Source: Acidobacteriota bacterium (GTDB taxonomy: Bacteria; Acidobacteriota; UBA6911; RPQK01; JAJDTT01). From it: DNA of 64,000 nucleotides. The notes below the pieces were generated by a model, which was given only the letters and a program-made list of their open reading frames with translations, searched no databases and had not been told where the DNA came from. This document shows, piece after piece, positions 39,355 through 50,100 of the stretch; position 1 is the first letter of the stretch; the number at the start of each line of letters is the position of its first letter. The position numbers and the translations under genes are program-made. The DNA lies in contig CBDCJH010000002.1 in the NCBI GenBank assembly GCA_965217775.1, forward strand, positions 3,936,001 through 4,000,000. The letters are read 5' to 3'.

Positions 39355-39568
39355 CGGCGACCTCGACGCGGGTTACGTAGACTTCCCCACGCAGGCGCTT
39401 GGCGATTTCCCCGGCAGAGGCGGTCTCGAAAAACAGAGTCAGCGCTTCGGCGAGGTTGTCGCGTGCTTCGGACACGGTGTCGCCTTGGCTGACGACATCC
39501 ACTTCCGGGCACAGGGCAACGTATCCATCTCCTTCGCGTTCGATGATCGCAGTCAACTGCCTGTTCAT
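39347..39568 (-). CDS. hicB: HicB-family antitoxin (short form, no DNA-binding domain)
   Basis: LTAIIEREGDGYVALCPEVDVVSQGDTVSEARDNLAEALTLF. Confidence 0.88.
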   Translation of the reverse strand: MNRQLTAIIEREGDGYVALCPEVDVVSQGDTVSEARDNLAEALTLFFETASAGEIAKRLRGEVYVTRVEVAVG

Positions 39569-39783
39569 GGTGTGTCTCCAATTCTGCACGTAACCTAACT
39601 GACGTCCGGCTCGCGGAACTAGACTATCATCAGCATCAAATTCGAGGGCCATTAACAAGCAATTCGCGCGGCAGGCGCCACGGGAGGCATATGGGGAGTC
39701 CGTCATCGAGGAGAAACGGTGCCCGCCGCCGGGCGCCGTGGCCCGAATGGACAGTCTCCGGGCCGGGAAGTAGAATTCCGGCC

Positions 39784-40863
39784 ATGTCACGCCTGACTTC
39801 CATCGTTGCGATTTTTCTGGCCCTTGGGACCATGCTCCCGGGCCAATCCGAAACCCGGCGCTACCTCTATATGAGCACGCCGGACGGAGCTCAGGTGGAG
39901 GGCCGATCGGGAACCGGAATCCTCATCTTCGATATCGACGACGGCCACAAGTTCGTCCGGAGGATCCACATCCCCATTTTCCAGGAAGGACTTCGAGGCT
40001 TCACGGGGAGCCTGATCAACCACGCCGTCTACTACTCCACGACCAACCACCGCCTGGGCGCCTTCGACCTGGAGGCGGAGAAGATCCTGTGGGAGAACAC
40101 CTTCGCGCCGGGATGCTGCGATCGCTCCTCCATCACCATGGACGGCAAGAAAATCTACGCGCCCACCGGATTCTGGTACACGGACGACGACGCCGGCTTC
40201 GTCGTGGTCAATGCCCAGAACGGAGAATTCATCAAGCGGATCGCCGTGGGCCCCAACGCCCACAACAGCATCGTGAGCCTGGACGGGCGGCATGTCTTCC
40301 TGGGAACCCGGACCATGCTGACCATGTTCGACACCCGGGACGACAGCATCGTCCGCCAGATCCCCGACGTGGGCGAATACATGATTTTTCCGTACACCGT
40401 CACGCGCGACCACAGCCTGGCCTTCGTCTGCCTGGGGAAACACGTGGGGTTCGACGTGGTCGATCTGAAACAGGGCAAACTCCTGCACCGGGTCTTCGCC
40501 GGCGCGGAGAAAATTCGTCATCGGACCCACGGCGCCGGCCTGACGCCCGACCACAAGGAACTGTGGATCAGCGACCAGGCGGGCCGAAAGCTCTTCTACT
40601 TCGACGCCACCCGGATGCCGCCCCGGGAGATGGGCCACGTGAATCTTTCCATCGGAGGCCATGGCTGGGTCACCTTCAGCCTGGACGGCAAGTACGTCTA
40701 CTCCCACGCGCCCGACATCTTCGACGCCAGGACCAAGAAGCGTGTCGGCATCTTCCGCGATGAAGAGGGCCGCCCCTTCGCCAGCTCCAAGTTCATCGAG
40801 GTGCATTTCCGGGACGGCAAGGTCGTCACCATGGGGAACGAGTTCGGACTCGGCCGTCATTGA
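39784..40863 (+). CDS. Secreted YncE/YVTN-like beta-propeller protein
   Basis: Signal peptide; repeated DGKKIY, AHNSIVSLDG, THGAGLTPD and FSLDGKYVY blades. Confidence 0.65.
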   Translation: MSRLTSIVAIFLALGTMLPGQSETRRYLYMSTPDGAQVEGRSGTGILIFDIDDGHKFVRRIHIPIFQEGLRGFTGSLINHAVYYSTTNHRLGAFDLEAEKILWENTFAPGCCDRSSITMDGKKIYAPTGFWYTDDDAGFVVVNAQNGEFIKRIAVGPNAHNSIVSLDGRHVFLGTRTMLTMFDTRDDSIVRQIPDVGEYMIFPYTVTRDHSLAFVCLGKHVGFDVVDLKQGKLLHRVFAGAEKIRHRTHGAGLTPDHKELWISDQAGRKLFYFDATRMPPREMGHVNLSIGGHGWVTFSLDGKYVYSHAPDIFDARTKKRVGIFRDEEGRPFASSKFIEVHFRDGKVVTMGNEFGLGRH

Positions 40864-40889
40864 TCCGCATTGCTCACCGGAGGTCCATC

Positions 40890-42053
40890 ATGAAACGACG
40901 CTTCCGTGCCCCATTGCTCACCCGCCGCGGCATGGTGAATTCCACTCTCCTGGGCCTGGCCGGTATCGGCGCGGCGAAGGCATCGCCGTTGGGGCCGCCG
41001 GCCCCGGTATCAGCCGGCGCCGAGGGTACGGACCACCTCGTCAACATGGACCAGGTCGAGCGTTTCGTCGCCGTCGACAACAAGTGTGCGTGGCCCAACC
41101 TGACCCTGATGCCCGACGATTCCATCGTCGCCACCATCTTCGGGAGTCCCTGCCACGGCTTCTGCGACGGAGCCGCCGAGTGCTGGAGAAGCGAGGACGG
41201 CGGCCGCATGTGGAACTTCGTGAGCATTCCGGCCCCGAACGAACCGGGGACCAACCGGAAGGACCTGGCGGCCGGCCTCACGCCGAAGGGCTCCTTCGTC
41301 GTCCTCTGCAGCGGCTCCAAGGTGGCTCCTCCCGATCCGGTCACCCGCATGAGACCCATACTGCAATCGGTGGTCTGCCGTTCCACCGACGGCCTCAAGA
41401 CCTGGACCTGCCGGAGCAGCCTGGAACTGCCCCCCGGCGCGGACCACGTCATCCCCTTCGGCGACATCGCTGCCCTGCCCGGGGGACGGCTCGCCGTGAC
41501 CGGCTACACCGGCGACCACATCACCAAGAACACGGCCTGGGTCTTCTTCAGCGATGACGATGGACGCACCTGGGGCAACCCCCGCCCCCTGGGGGTGGAC
41601 GACTTCAACGAGTCGACTCTGCTCGTCACCGGAGGGAACCGGCTCCTGGCCGCCACCCGGACCCACCGGAACAGTCATACCCACATCTCGGTCTCGGAAG
41701 ACGCCGGACAGACCTGGAGGCATCTGGGACCCGCATCCCTTCCGGGACAGATGCCGGCCAACCTCATCCGGCTGCAGGACGGGGGGATCCTCCTCACCTA
41801 TGGGTCCCGGCTGCGGGGAATGTTGGGTGTCTTCGCGCGCATCAGCCGCGACGAGGGCCTGACCTGGGGCGCGCCGAGGGTGCTCTTCAACACCACGGCG
41901 CGCCGGGCGAACACGCGGCCCGGCGGCACCGACGGCGGCTACCCCTCCAGCGTGCAGTTGAAAGACGGCACCATCGTCACCGCCTACTATTGCCAGCGGA
42001 TCCCCATGCACCAGCGCTACCACATGGGCGTGGTCCGGTGGCGGGTCTCGTGA
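40890..42053 (+). CDS. Sialidase-like Asp-box (BNR) protein with Tat signal
   Basis: TRRGMV; Asp boxes SEDGGRMW, SDDDGRTW, SEDAGQTW, SRDEGLTW; DGGYP. Confidence 0.8.
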   Translation: MKRRFRAPLLTRRGMVNSTLLGLAGIGAAKASPLGPPAPVSAGAEGTDHLVNMDQVERFVAVDNKCAWPNLTLMPDDSIVATIFGSPCHGFCDGAAECWRSEDGGRMWNFVSIPAPNEPGTNRKDLAAGLTPKGSFVVLCSGSKVAPPDPVTRMRPILQSVVCRSTDGLKTWTCRSSLELPPGADHVIPFGDIAALPGGRLAVTGYTGDHITKNTAWVFFSDDDGRTWGNPRPLGVDDFNESTLLVTGGNRLLAATRTHRNSHTHISVSEDAGQTWRHLGPASLPGQMPANLIRLQDGGILLTYGSRLRGMLGVFARISRDEGLTWGAPRVLFNTTARRANTRPGGTDGGYPSSVQLKDGTIVTAYYCQRIPMHQRYHMGVVRWRVS

Positions 42054-42086
42054 GCGTGCGTTGAAGAAGTCGGGGTCGGTGCCGGC

Positions 42087-43232
42087 TTATGCCGATGCTG
42101 ACCGTGCAGACGGTTCGCCGAATCGGTGGAGGGCCATCTTCTCCTGGGTCATTCGGACCGCATAGGCTTCCGCCGTAGCGTTGAGCTTGGCCATGGCCGA
42201 GGCAGGCAGGGTCAACTCGGTCCCCTTGAGATTCTCTTCGACGTGCTCCGGTTTCTCCGCGCCGGAGAGGACGCTGGCGACCTCGGAATGGGCGGCGACC
42301 CAGCCGACGCAGACCTGAGGCCGGGTTACGCCCAGCTCCCCGGCTACCTCGTCCAGGACTGTCACCACGTCCATGAGAGCGGACCCTTCAGGAACCTCTC
42401 TTCCCGGCACCAGGCTGCCCCCTCCCAAGGGACTGAAGGCCATGAGTCCCAGGTTTCCCCGCCGAATCAGTGGGAACAGCCCATCGACCATGAGGCTTCT
42501 GCGATCCCCCGCCACGACGGTGAAGTAGTCCTGCAACCCCACCATAGGCGATCTGCCGGATTGATTCCCCACTTCCATCAGTTCCTCGACCTGCCTCGGC
42601 AGATGGTTGGAGACCCCCCAGTACCGGATCTTTCCCGACTCGACCAGGGCGGTCATGGCCGCTGCGATCTCCTCCATGTGAGCCCGCGTCGGAGCCTCCC
42701 GGTCCGGCTCCTCTTCATGAAAGGAGGGAGTCTTCTTGTCGGGACCGTGAAGGAAATAGAGGTCGATGTAGTCCGTTCCCAGGCGCTTGAGACTGGCCTC
42801 CACCCTGGTTCTGAGGATCGGCTCGGTGAAGGCGATCTTCTCTCCCTCGACCCGGGGATAGGCCTTGGTGGAGATGACGACCTCGTGCCGGCGGCCCGCA
42901 ATCCCGTGGCCCAGAGCGATCTCCGACTGGCCCGACCCATAGGCCTCGGCCGTGTCGAAGAAGTTGATCCCCACGTCGATGCAGTGGCGCAAAAGATCGT
43001 GTGCCTCTTTGCTGTCCCCCTCGCGGGACAGATGGGTCCGGAAGGCGGTCCCCTGACACAGCCGGGAGACCCACAGATCGGTGTGGCCGAATCTCACCAA
43101 GTGGGAAGGGTGCTCGGTTGTCTCGCCCGGCGGCGGCGTGGTGCAGCCGGCTTTGGAAAGGCCCAGGACTGCCGATCCTGCGGCGGCCCCGAGAGTCGTG
43201 AGGAAGTGTCTTCGATCCGTGTCAGCGACCAT
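42087..43232 (-). CDS. Aldo/keto reductase with twin-arginine leader
   Basis: DRRHFL leader; FFDTAEAYG, ISTK, SLKRLGTDYIDLYFLH, GKIRYWGVSN and FSPLGGG motifs. Confidence 0.9.
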   Translation of the reverse strand: MVADTDRRHFLTTLGAAAGSAVLGLSKAGCTTPPPGETTEHPSHLVRFGHTDLWVSRLCQGTAFRTHLSREGDSKEAHDLLRHCIDVGINFFDTAEAYGSGQSEIALGHGIAGRRHEVVISTKAYPRVEGEKIAFTEPILRTRVEASLKRLGTDYIDLYFLHGPDKKTPSFHEEEPDREAPTRAHMEEIAAAMTALVESGKIRYWGVSNHLPRQVEELMEVGNQSGRSPMVGLQDYFTVVAGDRRSLMVDGLFPLIRRGNLGLMAFSPLGGGSLVPGREVPEGSALMDVVTVLDEVAGELGVTRPQVCVGWVAAHSEVASVLSGAEKPEHVEENLKGTELTLPASAMAKLNATAEAYAVRMTQEKMALHRFGEPSARSASA

Positions 43233-43276
43233 TGCCAGCTCCGTGGAAAAACCGCGGCAGCGGCCGCCGCGGACGC

Positions 43277-44719
43277 TCAAGCGATGATGTCGTGGACCAC
43301 CTTGCCATGCACGTCGGTCAGGCGGAAGTCCCGGCCCGAATACCGGTAGGTGAGCCGCTCATGGTCGATCCCCATGAGGTGGAGGATGGTGGCATGGAGG
43401 TCGTGGACGTGTACCCGGTTCTCCACCGCCGTGAGGCCGAACTGGTCGGTGGCGCCGTAGCTGAAGCCTCCCTTGACGCCGCCGCCGGCCATCCAGACGG
43501 TGAAACCATAGTGGTCGTGGTCCCGGCCCTTCTGGCCCTCCGAGGTTGGCGCCCGGCCGAACTCGCCGCCCCAGATCACCAGGGTCTCGTCCAGCATGCC
43601 CCGCTGCTTCAAGTCCTTGATCAGGGCCGCGATTCCCCGGTCGCAGGCATCGGCCAGCTTCTTGTGGCCGCCGACGATATCACTATGGCCCGTGTCCCAG
43701 GCGATGTCGTAGTGATCGATGGAGTGGGACACCTGAACCATCCGTACTCCGCGCTCCACCAAGCGCCGGGCCAGCAGGCACCCCTTGGCGTACTCGCTGT
43801 CGCCGTAGAGTTCCCGCGTGGCCTTGCTCTCCTGCGAGAGGTCGAAGGCTTCGGGCGCCGCGAATTGCATGCGGAAGGCCATCTCCATGGCCTGAATGCT
43901 GCTTTCCAGGTGATGATCCTGTTGCTGCCGCTCCAGGTCGAGGCGGTTGAGGCGGGTCAGGAGATCGACCTGCCGCCGCTGTTCGGTCCGGGGCAGCCAG
44001 TTGTTCTTGAGATCGCTCAAGATGCGGTCCGGCTTCATCTCGTGCAGGTTCACGTAGGTTCCGGCGTAGGCTCCGGGGAGGAAGGAGTTCCCCCAGTTCG
44101 CCAGCTTGCCGCGCGGCTGGCCCCGAGGGCTCATGGCCACGAATCCCGGTAGATCCTGGTTGTCGGAACCCAGTCCGTAGACCAGCCAGGAACCCATGCT
44201 GGGCCGGCTCGGCTGCAGGTGCCCCAGGTTCATCATCAGGATGGCCCCGGCGTGCTCCGGGATGTCCGTGTGCATGGAATGGACGAAGCTGATGTCGTCG
44301 ACGCACTCACCCACATGGGGAAAGATGTCGCTGACCCATTTGCCGCACTCGCCGTACTGCTTGAATCCGAAAGGCGAGGGGAAGAGCCCGTTCTTGGTAT
44401 TGCGAAGGGACTTCCGGTCGACGATGGCGGGGCGCTGACCCTGGTATTTCCCGATCTCGGGCTTGTAGTCGAAGGTGTCGACCTGGGACGGTCCGCCGGG
44501 CATGAAGAGCTGGATCACATGCTTGGCCCGGGGAGCGAAGTGGGGCGCCTTGGGGGCCAGAGGGGAACCCGTTGCCGAATCGGGTGCCGCCGAGACCCGG
44601 GTCCCCAGCCCGCGTTCGCCGGCCAGGACACCGGCGAGTCCCAGGACGCCGAATCCCGCGCCCAGCCGGTGCAGCATGTCGCGTCGATCGAACGGCGGTG
44701 GTTGCGGCGGATGGAACAT
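43277..44719 (-). CDS. DUF1501 domain protein (Tat-exported, sulfatase-like)
   Basis: DRRDML, GGPSQVDTFDYKP, ARRLVERGVR, WDTGH, WGGEFGR, GRDH and VHDLHAT motifs. Confidence 0.92.
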   Translation of the reverse strand: MFHPPQPPPFDRRDMLHRLGAGFGVLGLAGVLAGERGLGTRVSAAPDSATGSPLAPKAPHFAPRAKHVIQLFMPGGPSQVDTFDYKPEIGKYQGQRPAIVDRKSLRNTKNGLFPSPFGFKQYGECGKWVSDIFPHVGECVDDISFVHSMHTDIPEHAGAILMMNLGHLQPSRPSMGSWLVYGLGSDNQDLPGFVAMSPRGQPRGKLANWGNSFLPGAYAGTYVNLHEMKPDRILSDLKNNWLPRTEQRRQVDLLTRLNRLDLERQQQDHHLESSIQAMEMAFRMQFAAPEAFDLSQESKATRELYGDSEYAKGCLLARRLVERGVRMVQVSHSIDHYDIAWDTGHSDIVGGHKKLADACDRGIAALIKDLKQRGMLDETLVIWGGEFGRAPTSEGQKGRDHDHYGFTVWMAGGGVKGGFSYGATDQFGLTAVENRVHVHDLHATILHLMGIDHERLTYRYSGRDFRLTDVHGKVVHDIIA

Positions 44720-44790
44720 GGTTCGAAACTCCTGAATGCTTGGCGCCTATTGTTGCACGATCCTGACCTCGCTGGAAGAGAACGGACAGT

Positions 44791-47151
44791 TTACCGCACG
44801 TACATGAATTCGTTGGAGCTCATGAGCACCTGGCCGTACCGCTCCCAGGGGGTCAGCTCCATACCGGACGGTGACTCGGCCCGCAAGAACCGGAGGGCCA
44901 AGCCGGTTTCCTCGTCGCTCGGGGACCGGCCGAACAGGAGACGGTAGGCGCGCCCGATTCTCTCCGAGTCATCGGCGAAGTCGTTTTCGAGCCTCTTGGA
45001 GAGCGCCTTGGCCCGATCCACCATGAAGGGGCTGTTCATCAGAAAGAGAAACTGTTGGGGAACGATGCTGGTGCCCCGCTCGGGGACGGTGGCCCGCATG
45101 ATGGGAAAATCGAACAGCCGCAGGAACTGGTCGGAGCCGGACTGGTCGCCATTGCGGCTGACCTTGGCGTAGAGCGTACGCCGCCGGCTGCCGGTGATGT
45201 CGTCCACCGGCGGCCCTCCCATCTCCAGATCCAATTCCCGAGTCACGGCCAGCAAGGAGTCCCGCCAAGACTCCACGTCCATTCTCCGGGGGTTCATGCG
45301 CCAGAGCAGCTCGTTGTCGCTGTCGAGGGCAAAGGCCCGAACATCGAACCGGCTGCTCATCTGATAGGTGGCCGAGGTCATGATCAGACGGTGCAGCGAC
45401 TTGAGCGACCAACCCGACTCCATGAAGCTGGCAGCCAGCCAGTTCAGCATCTGCTCATGGGTCGGTGCCCGACCCAGCGTTCCGAAGTTGCCGGGCGACC
45501 GGACCAGCGCCTTGCCGAAATGATGCATCCATACCCGGTTGACCATGACCCGCGCCGTCAGGGGATTGGCCGAGCTGGCTACGGCCTCGGCCAACTCGAT
45601 GCGCCCGCTCCCCTGGGTGAACCGGGGCGTATCCACACGGGAAAGGACCCTCAGGAATCGCCGCGGCGCCATATCTCCCGGTGTTCGCAGGTTTCCGCGA
45701 GTGGCCACAGGCATGTCCTGGTTCCCGGTCTCCGCCAGAACATGGGCAAAATCGTATTTGGGAGGCGTGCCTTCCTTGAGTTTTTCGACCTCCGCCTTCC
45801 ACTGCTTGACCAGTTTCTCCTCTTCGGCCGACAGCTCCCGCTTCTCCTCCCGGGCCCGAGCCCGGAGGTCCGCCCCTCTCCGCTGGGCCGCCTTGATCTT
45901 CTCCTGGTAGTCGTCATAGGCCTCGACCACGCCCTCCGGAACCAGGGGCAGCTCACCGCTCATGGTGTTGTCGAAGATCCCGGCCAGGGAGTAGTAATCC
46001 TGCTGGGGGATGGGATCGAACTTGTGGTCATGACAACGGGCGCAGGAAACCGTGACGGCCATGAAGCCGCGAGTCAGAGTGTCGATCCGGTCGTCCAAGG
46101 TCTCGCCCCTGGCCTGGGCCACACTGTCGGGATCGCCGCCATCGGACGAATAATAGGGTCCCAGGGCGAAGAATCCGGTGGCCACGGCGTCTCCGATGCC
46201 ACCCACCAGATCACCGCTGATCTGGAGCTTGATGAAGCGGTCGTAGGGCAGGTCGTCGTTGAAGGCGGAAACGACCCAATCCCGGTAGCGCCAAGCTTGG
46301 GTCAATTCCTGGTTCCGCCGATCCAGAAACCCGCCGAACCCGTCACTGTACCGGGCCACGTCCAGCCAATGACGAGCCCAACGTTCCCCGTAGCGGACGG
46401 AGCCGAGTAGTTCAGTGGTCTTCTGCTCGACGGCTCCTTGCGGATCCCGCCGGGCCGCTTCCACGAATTCGGCCACCGCGTCGGGAGTCGGCGGCAGCCC
46501 GGTCAGATCCAGATGCATCCTCCGGACCAGGGTCGCCGGATCCGCCCCCGGAGCCGGCTCCAACCCGGCCGACTCCAGTTTCGCCAGGACGAACAAGTCG
46601 ATGGGATTCCGAACCCAGGACTCATCCGATACCTTCGGAGGCACCGGCTTTCGGACCGGTTCCCAAGCCCAGTGATCGGCGCGAATCTTCGCCCAATCCG
46701 GTTCTCCTTCGGGAGCCGGCCGAGAGACGGCCTGCTGCTTCTCGGGCCACGGCGCCCCCAGCCGGATCCATTCCACCAAGTCGGCGACTTCCCGCTCCTT
46801 GAGCTTGCCCCCAGGCGGCATCTGAATCGGGTCCCCCCGCACCGCCCGGATCAGCAGACTCTCGTCGGGCCGGTGGGGCACGATGGCGGGTCCCCGATTG
46901 CCACCCTGCAACAACCCCGCCCGCTGATCGAGCCTCAGATTTCCTTGGGGGGTTTCGATGGCCGCTCCATGGCAGGCGAAGCAGTGTTTCGCCAGCAGGG
47001 GTCGCACCCGGCGCTCGAAGAACTCAAGATGAGACGCTTCATCCGTCTGGGCCGCCAAGAGGACCTCCCCCCCGAACCAGCAGGTGCCCAGGACGGAGCA
47101 AGCCGACAGGAACCGCCGAATCCAGGAATGCCTCTGCCCCAGCAAGGTCAT
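44791..47151 (-). CDS. Planctomycete cytochrome c plus DUF1549/DUF1553 (PSD1) protein
   Basis: FFERRVRPLLAKHCFACH, YGERWARHWLDVARY, CARCHDHKFDP and NPLTARVMVNRVW motifs. Confidence 0.92.
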   Translation of the reverse strand: MTLLGQRHSWIRRFLSACSVLGTCWFGGEVLLAAQTDEASHLEFFERRVRPLLAKHCFACHGAAIETPQGNLRLDQRAGLLQGGNRGPAIVPHRPDESLLIRAVRGDPIQMPPGGKLKEREVADLVEWIRLGAPWPEKQQAVSRPAPEGEPDWAKIRADHWAWEPVRKPVPPKVSDESWVRNPIDLFVLAKLESAGLEPAPGADPATLVRRMHLDLTGLPPTPDAVAEFVEAARRDPQGAVEQKTTELLGSVRYGERWARHWLDVARYSDGFGGFLDRRNQELTQAWRYRDWVVSAFNDDLPYDRFIKLQISGDLVGGIGDAVATGFFALGPYYSSDGGDPDSVAQARGETLDDRIDTLTRGFMAVTVSCARCHDHKFDPIPQQDYYSLAGIFDNTMSGELPLVPEGVVEAYDDYQEKIKAAQRRGADLRARAREEKRELSAEEEKLVKQWKAEVEKLKEGTPPKYDFAHVLAETGNQDMPVATRGNLRTPGDMAPRRFLRVLSRVDTPRFTQGSGRIELAEAVASSANPLTARVMVNRVWMHHFGKALVRSPGNFGTLGRAPTHEQMLNWLAASFMESGWSLKSLHRLIMTSATYQMSSRFDVRAFALDSDNELLWRMNPRRMDVESWRDSLLAVTRELDLEMGGPPVDDITGSRRRTLYAKVSRNGDQSGSDQFLRLFDFPIMRATVPERGTSIVPQQFLFLMNSPFMVDRAKALSKRLENDFADDSERIGRAYRLLFGRSPSDEETGLALRFLRAESPSGMELTPWERYGQVLMSSNEFMYVR

Positions 47152-47182
47152 GCCTCCATTCGTTGTCTTCTACCTGGCTTCG

Positions 47183-50100
47183 CTAGAATTCGTAGCGCAA
47201 GCCGAACTGCATCACCCGCGGCGGAATCATCACCTGAGAGTAGTTGCCGAAGCTCCCGGGAAAAACGAAGGAGAGCGTTTCCCATACGTCGGGGTTGAAC
47301 CGAACGCTGTTGGTCAGATTGAAGACCTCGGCCCGGAACTGAATGCTGTGACTCTCGAATGGCAACGGAAAGCGCTTTCCGAGGGCCATGTCGATGGAGA
47401 AGATCCCATCGCCGCGCAGGTTGTTGCGCTGCCCGACTTCGCCGGGCAGGACCTGCCTGAAAGAAGCAAGGGCCGCTGCCGGATCGCTGAATACATTCGG
47501 TCCGCTGCCCCCTCCGATCAGCCTCGCGTTCTTCGTGTTCGTCTGCTCCGGAACGGCGCCGACCGGTTCGGCGAAGTGTTGGTAGCAGTAGCACGTGGGC
47601 CAAGCCAGACCGTTCAGCACGCTGAGGGGCAGGCCCGACGTCACGCGCATCAGGCCGCTGACCTGCCAGCCGCCGAGCAGAGCCTCGCCCGCGGTCCCCA
47701 GGTTGGGCAGGACAGCCTTCCCTCGGCCGACGGGCAACTCGGCCACCCAGTTGGCGTTCCATTGGTGGCGCATATCGAAATCGGAAACGGATCGCTGCGC
47801 CTCCCGGTCCCAGGAGTTGATCACGCTGAACGCGGACCAGTAGGTGTCTCCCGGAATCTGGCCGAACCTTTCACCGACGCCGCGGCGCGCGCTGACGGAG
47901 ACCAGGTCCGTGGATTTGGACAAGGTATAGTTCAAGTGGAACTGGAACCCCTTGGAGAAGGCTTTGCGCAACGACACCTGCATCGAATGATAGGTCGAGG
48001 TTCCGAAAGACCGGAGTGCATCGAAGGCCCAGAACTGGGGATTCATGAATGCACCCGGCCCCAGATCGCTACAGAACGGGGCGCAGGCATAGTCGATATA
48101 GTAGATCGACGTGCCGGTATCGGGACTGCCGGACCGGATGACGTCGTAGACGCGCTGAGTCGCGGTTGCGTCCGGAGTCGCGGCTCCGGAATAGACGTTT
48201 TCCCAGAACGCGATGGGCTGCACGGACCCGGTCGGCGTCCCGCGCCGTACCATGAGTTCGAGGTCATGGAGCGCGTCCAGAAGATATCCGCCGGACACCG
48301 GATCCTTGAAGTTGGCGTACTGGGCTGAGGCGGTGTCGTTGACGAGCAGCCTGCGACCCAGTCGGCCAACATAGCCGACCTCGAGCAGAAATCCTCCGTC
48401 AAACTCGCGGGCCAGGGAAAAGGTGGGATTGATGCTGTACGGCGGCACCACGCTGGAATCGACACCCTGGCTCCATCCCAGTCCCATGGGGTTCGGGGTG
48501 CCAGGTCCGCCTGGCGGAGGAGGCAGGATCCCCGCCGCTGGGAGATTCGAAAGTCCGGCGAAGCGAGGCGACGCCGCCACAGTGGAGATCTGGTTGGTCA
48601 CCTTGCTGGTGAGGCCGAACGCATTCCGGTCGAGCATCTGCATCATGCCCATCCCGAAGCTGCTGTAGAAGATACCCGCCCCGGCCCGGATCGACGTCCT
48701 CCCCAGGCCGCCGAACAGCTTGCCCAAGAAACCATCCCCGAAATCCGGCGAGTAGGCCACGGCAAGCCGAGGCGAGAAATTCTTGTAGTGGGTGGCCCAC
48801 AGCGGACCGCCTTGCGGGTCGTCCACTCCCACGAAGCCGATCGGCCCGGCATCGCGCGTGGGCCGGCCGTTCGCCGCCAGGTCCAGACGGTGGGCGATGT
48901 ACTGGTCGAGACCCGGCGTGATGCTGACCTGCAGTCCATTCACTTCCCTGACCGGCGGCATGATCGACCAGCGCAGGCCGGCCGTGACCGTCAGGCCCGG
49001 CTGGACGCGCCAAGTGTCCTGGAGGTAGAGCTCGAATTGTTCCGCCCCGAAAGTTCGGCTGACAGGATCTCCCAGCGACAAAGGATTGCCGGCCAGGTCG
49101 TAATTGTAATTCGCATCGAAGAAGTTGAGGACCCCGAGGGCAGTCGCCATCGTCTCCCGGTAAACTCCCGGGTTGGCCGGCGCCACGGCGAGTGGCCCGT
49201 CGAATACCGTGGGGGCGTCGAACAATGCCCACGCGGCCTGCTTCGCAAAATGAAAGCTGTTGCCGTAGCTCAAACGTTGGTTCCGTGTTGAGAAGAATGC
49301 TCCGCCGAACTGCAGGGTGTGCGATCCACTTATAACGGAGAAGTCTCCCGCCACAGTCTGCGTCGGCAAATAGGTGTCCCTGGGCGTCGTCGAACCCTCC
49401 ATATCGTCGATGATGCTATCTCCGAGACTTGCCCTGGATTCCGTCTGAACGCCCGAAATGATCAACTTCTGGCCAGTGAATCCATAGCGGAACGTGCCCA
49501 GGACGTTGGTCCCGAAGGTGCCGTCGTATCCGAGCGCCAACCCACGGCTGGTGTCCGCGGTCTCCCGGTTCGGGGCCTGGCCGGGAAACTGGGGCACGCT
49601 CGAGATGCTGTCGTTCTGGTAGTTGGTGCGCAGGAACATGCGGTGCCCACCGTTCTGATCCAAGTTCCAATCCAGCTTCGAGATGAACGTGTTCCAGACC
49701 AGGGGAGTCGAGGCCGCGAACCGGAATCCAGCCGTGTTCAGACCGTCTCCGACGGTGGAGTCGTTGGGTTCCGGAAAGGAGCTGAAGTACTGGAGGGTGG
49801 CAGCATTGGGACCGGTCCCCAGTGGATCGATCCGGCTACTGATGAATTCCGGGCTGAGCGTCTGTATTTCGCCGCTGGCACCCCTGTAGCGGACGAATCC
49901 ATCGCGCATCGAAGCCGTCGGAACTCGGCGCACCGCGCTGCCCTCGCTGGCGTCCCGGCGGCCTTCGTAGTTGACGAAATAGAAGACACGATCCTTCTTG
50001 AAGGGACCGCCGACCGAGGCTCCGAAGACATTGCGGATGAGCTTCGGACGATCCACACCGGCCCTGTTGTTGAAGAAATCATTCGCCGCCGTGACCGTGT

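Noticed and set aside
24550-39700. Defence island as an autonomous mobile element
   Set aside because: No integrase, transposase or flanking direct repeats found; treated as a defence hotspot only.
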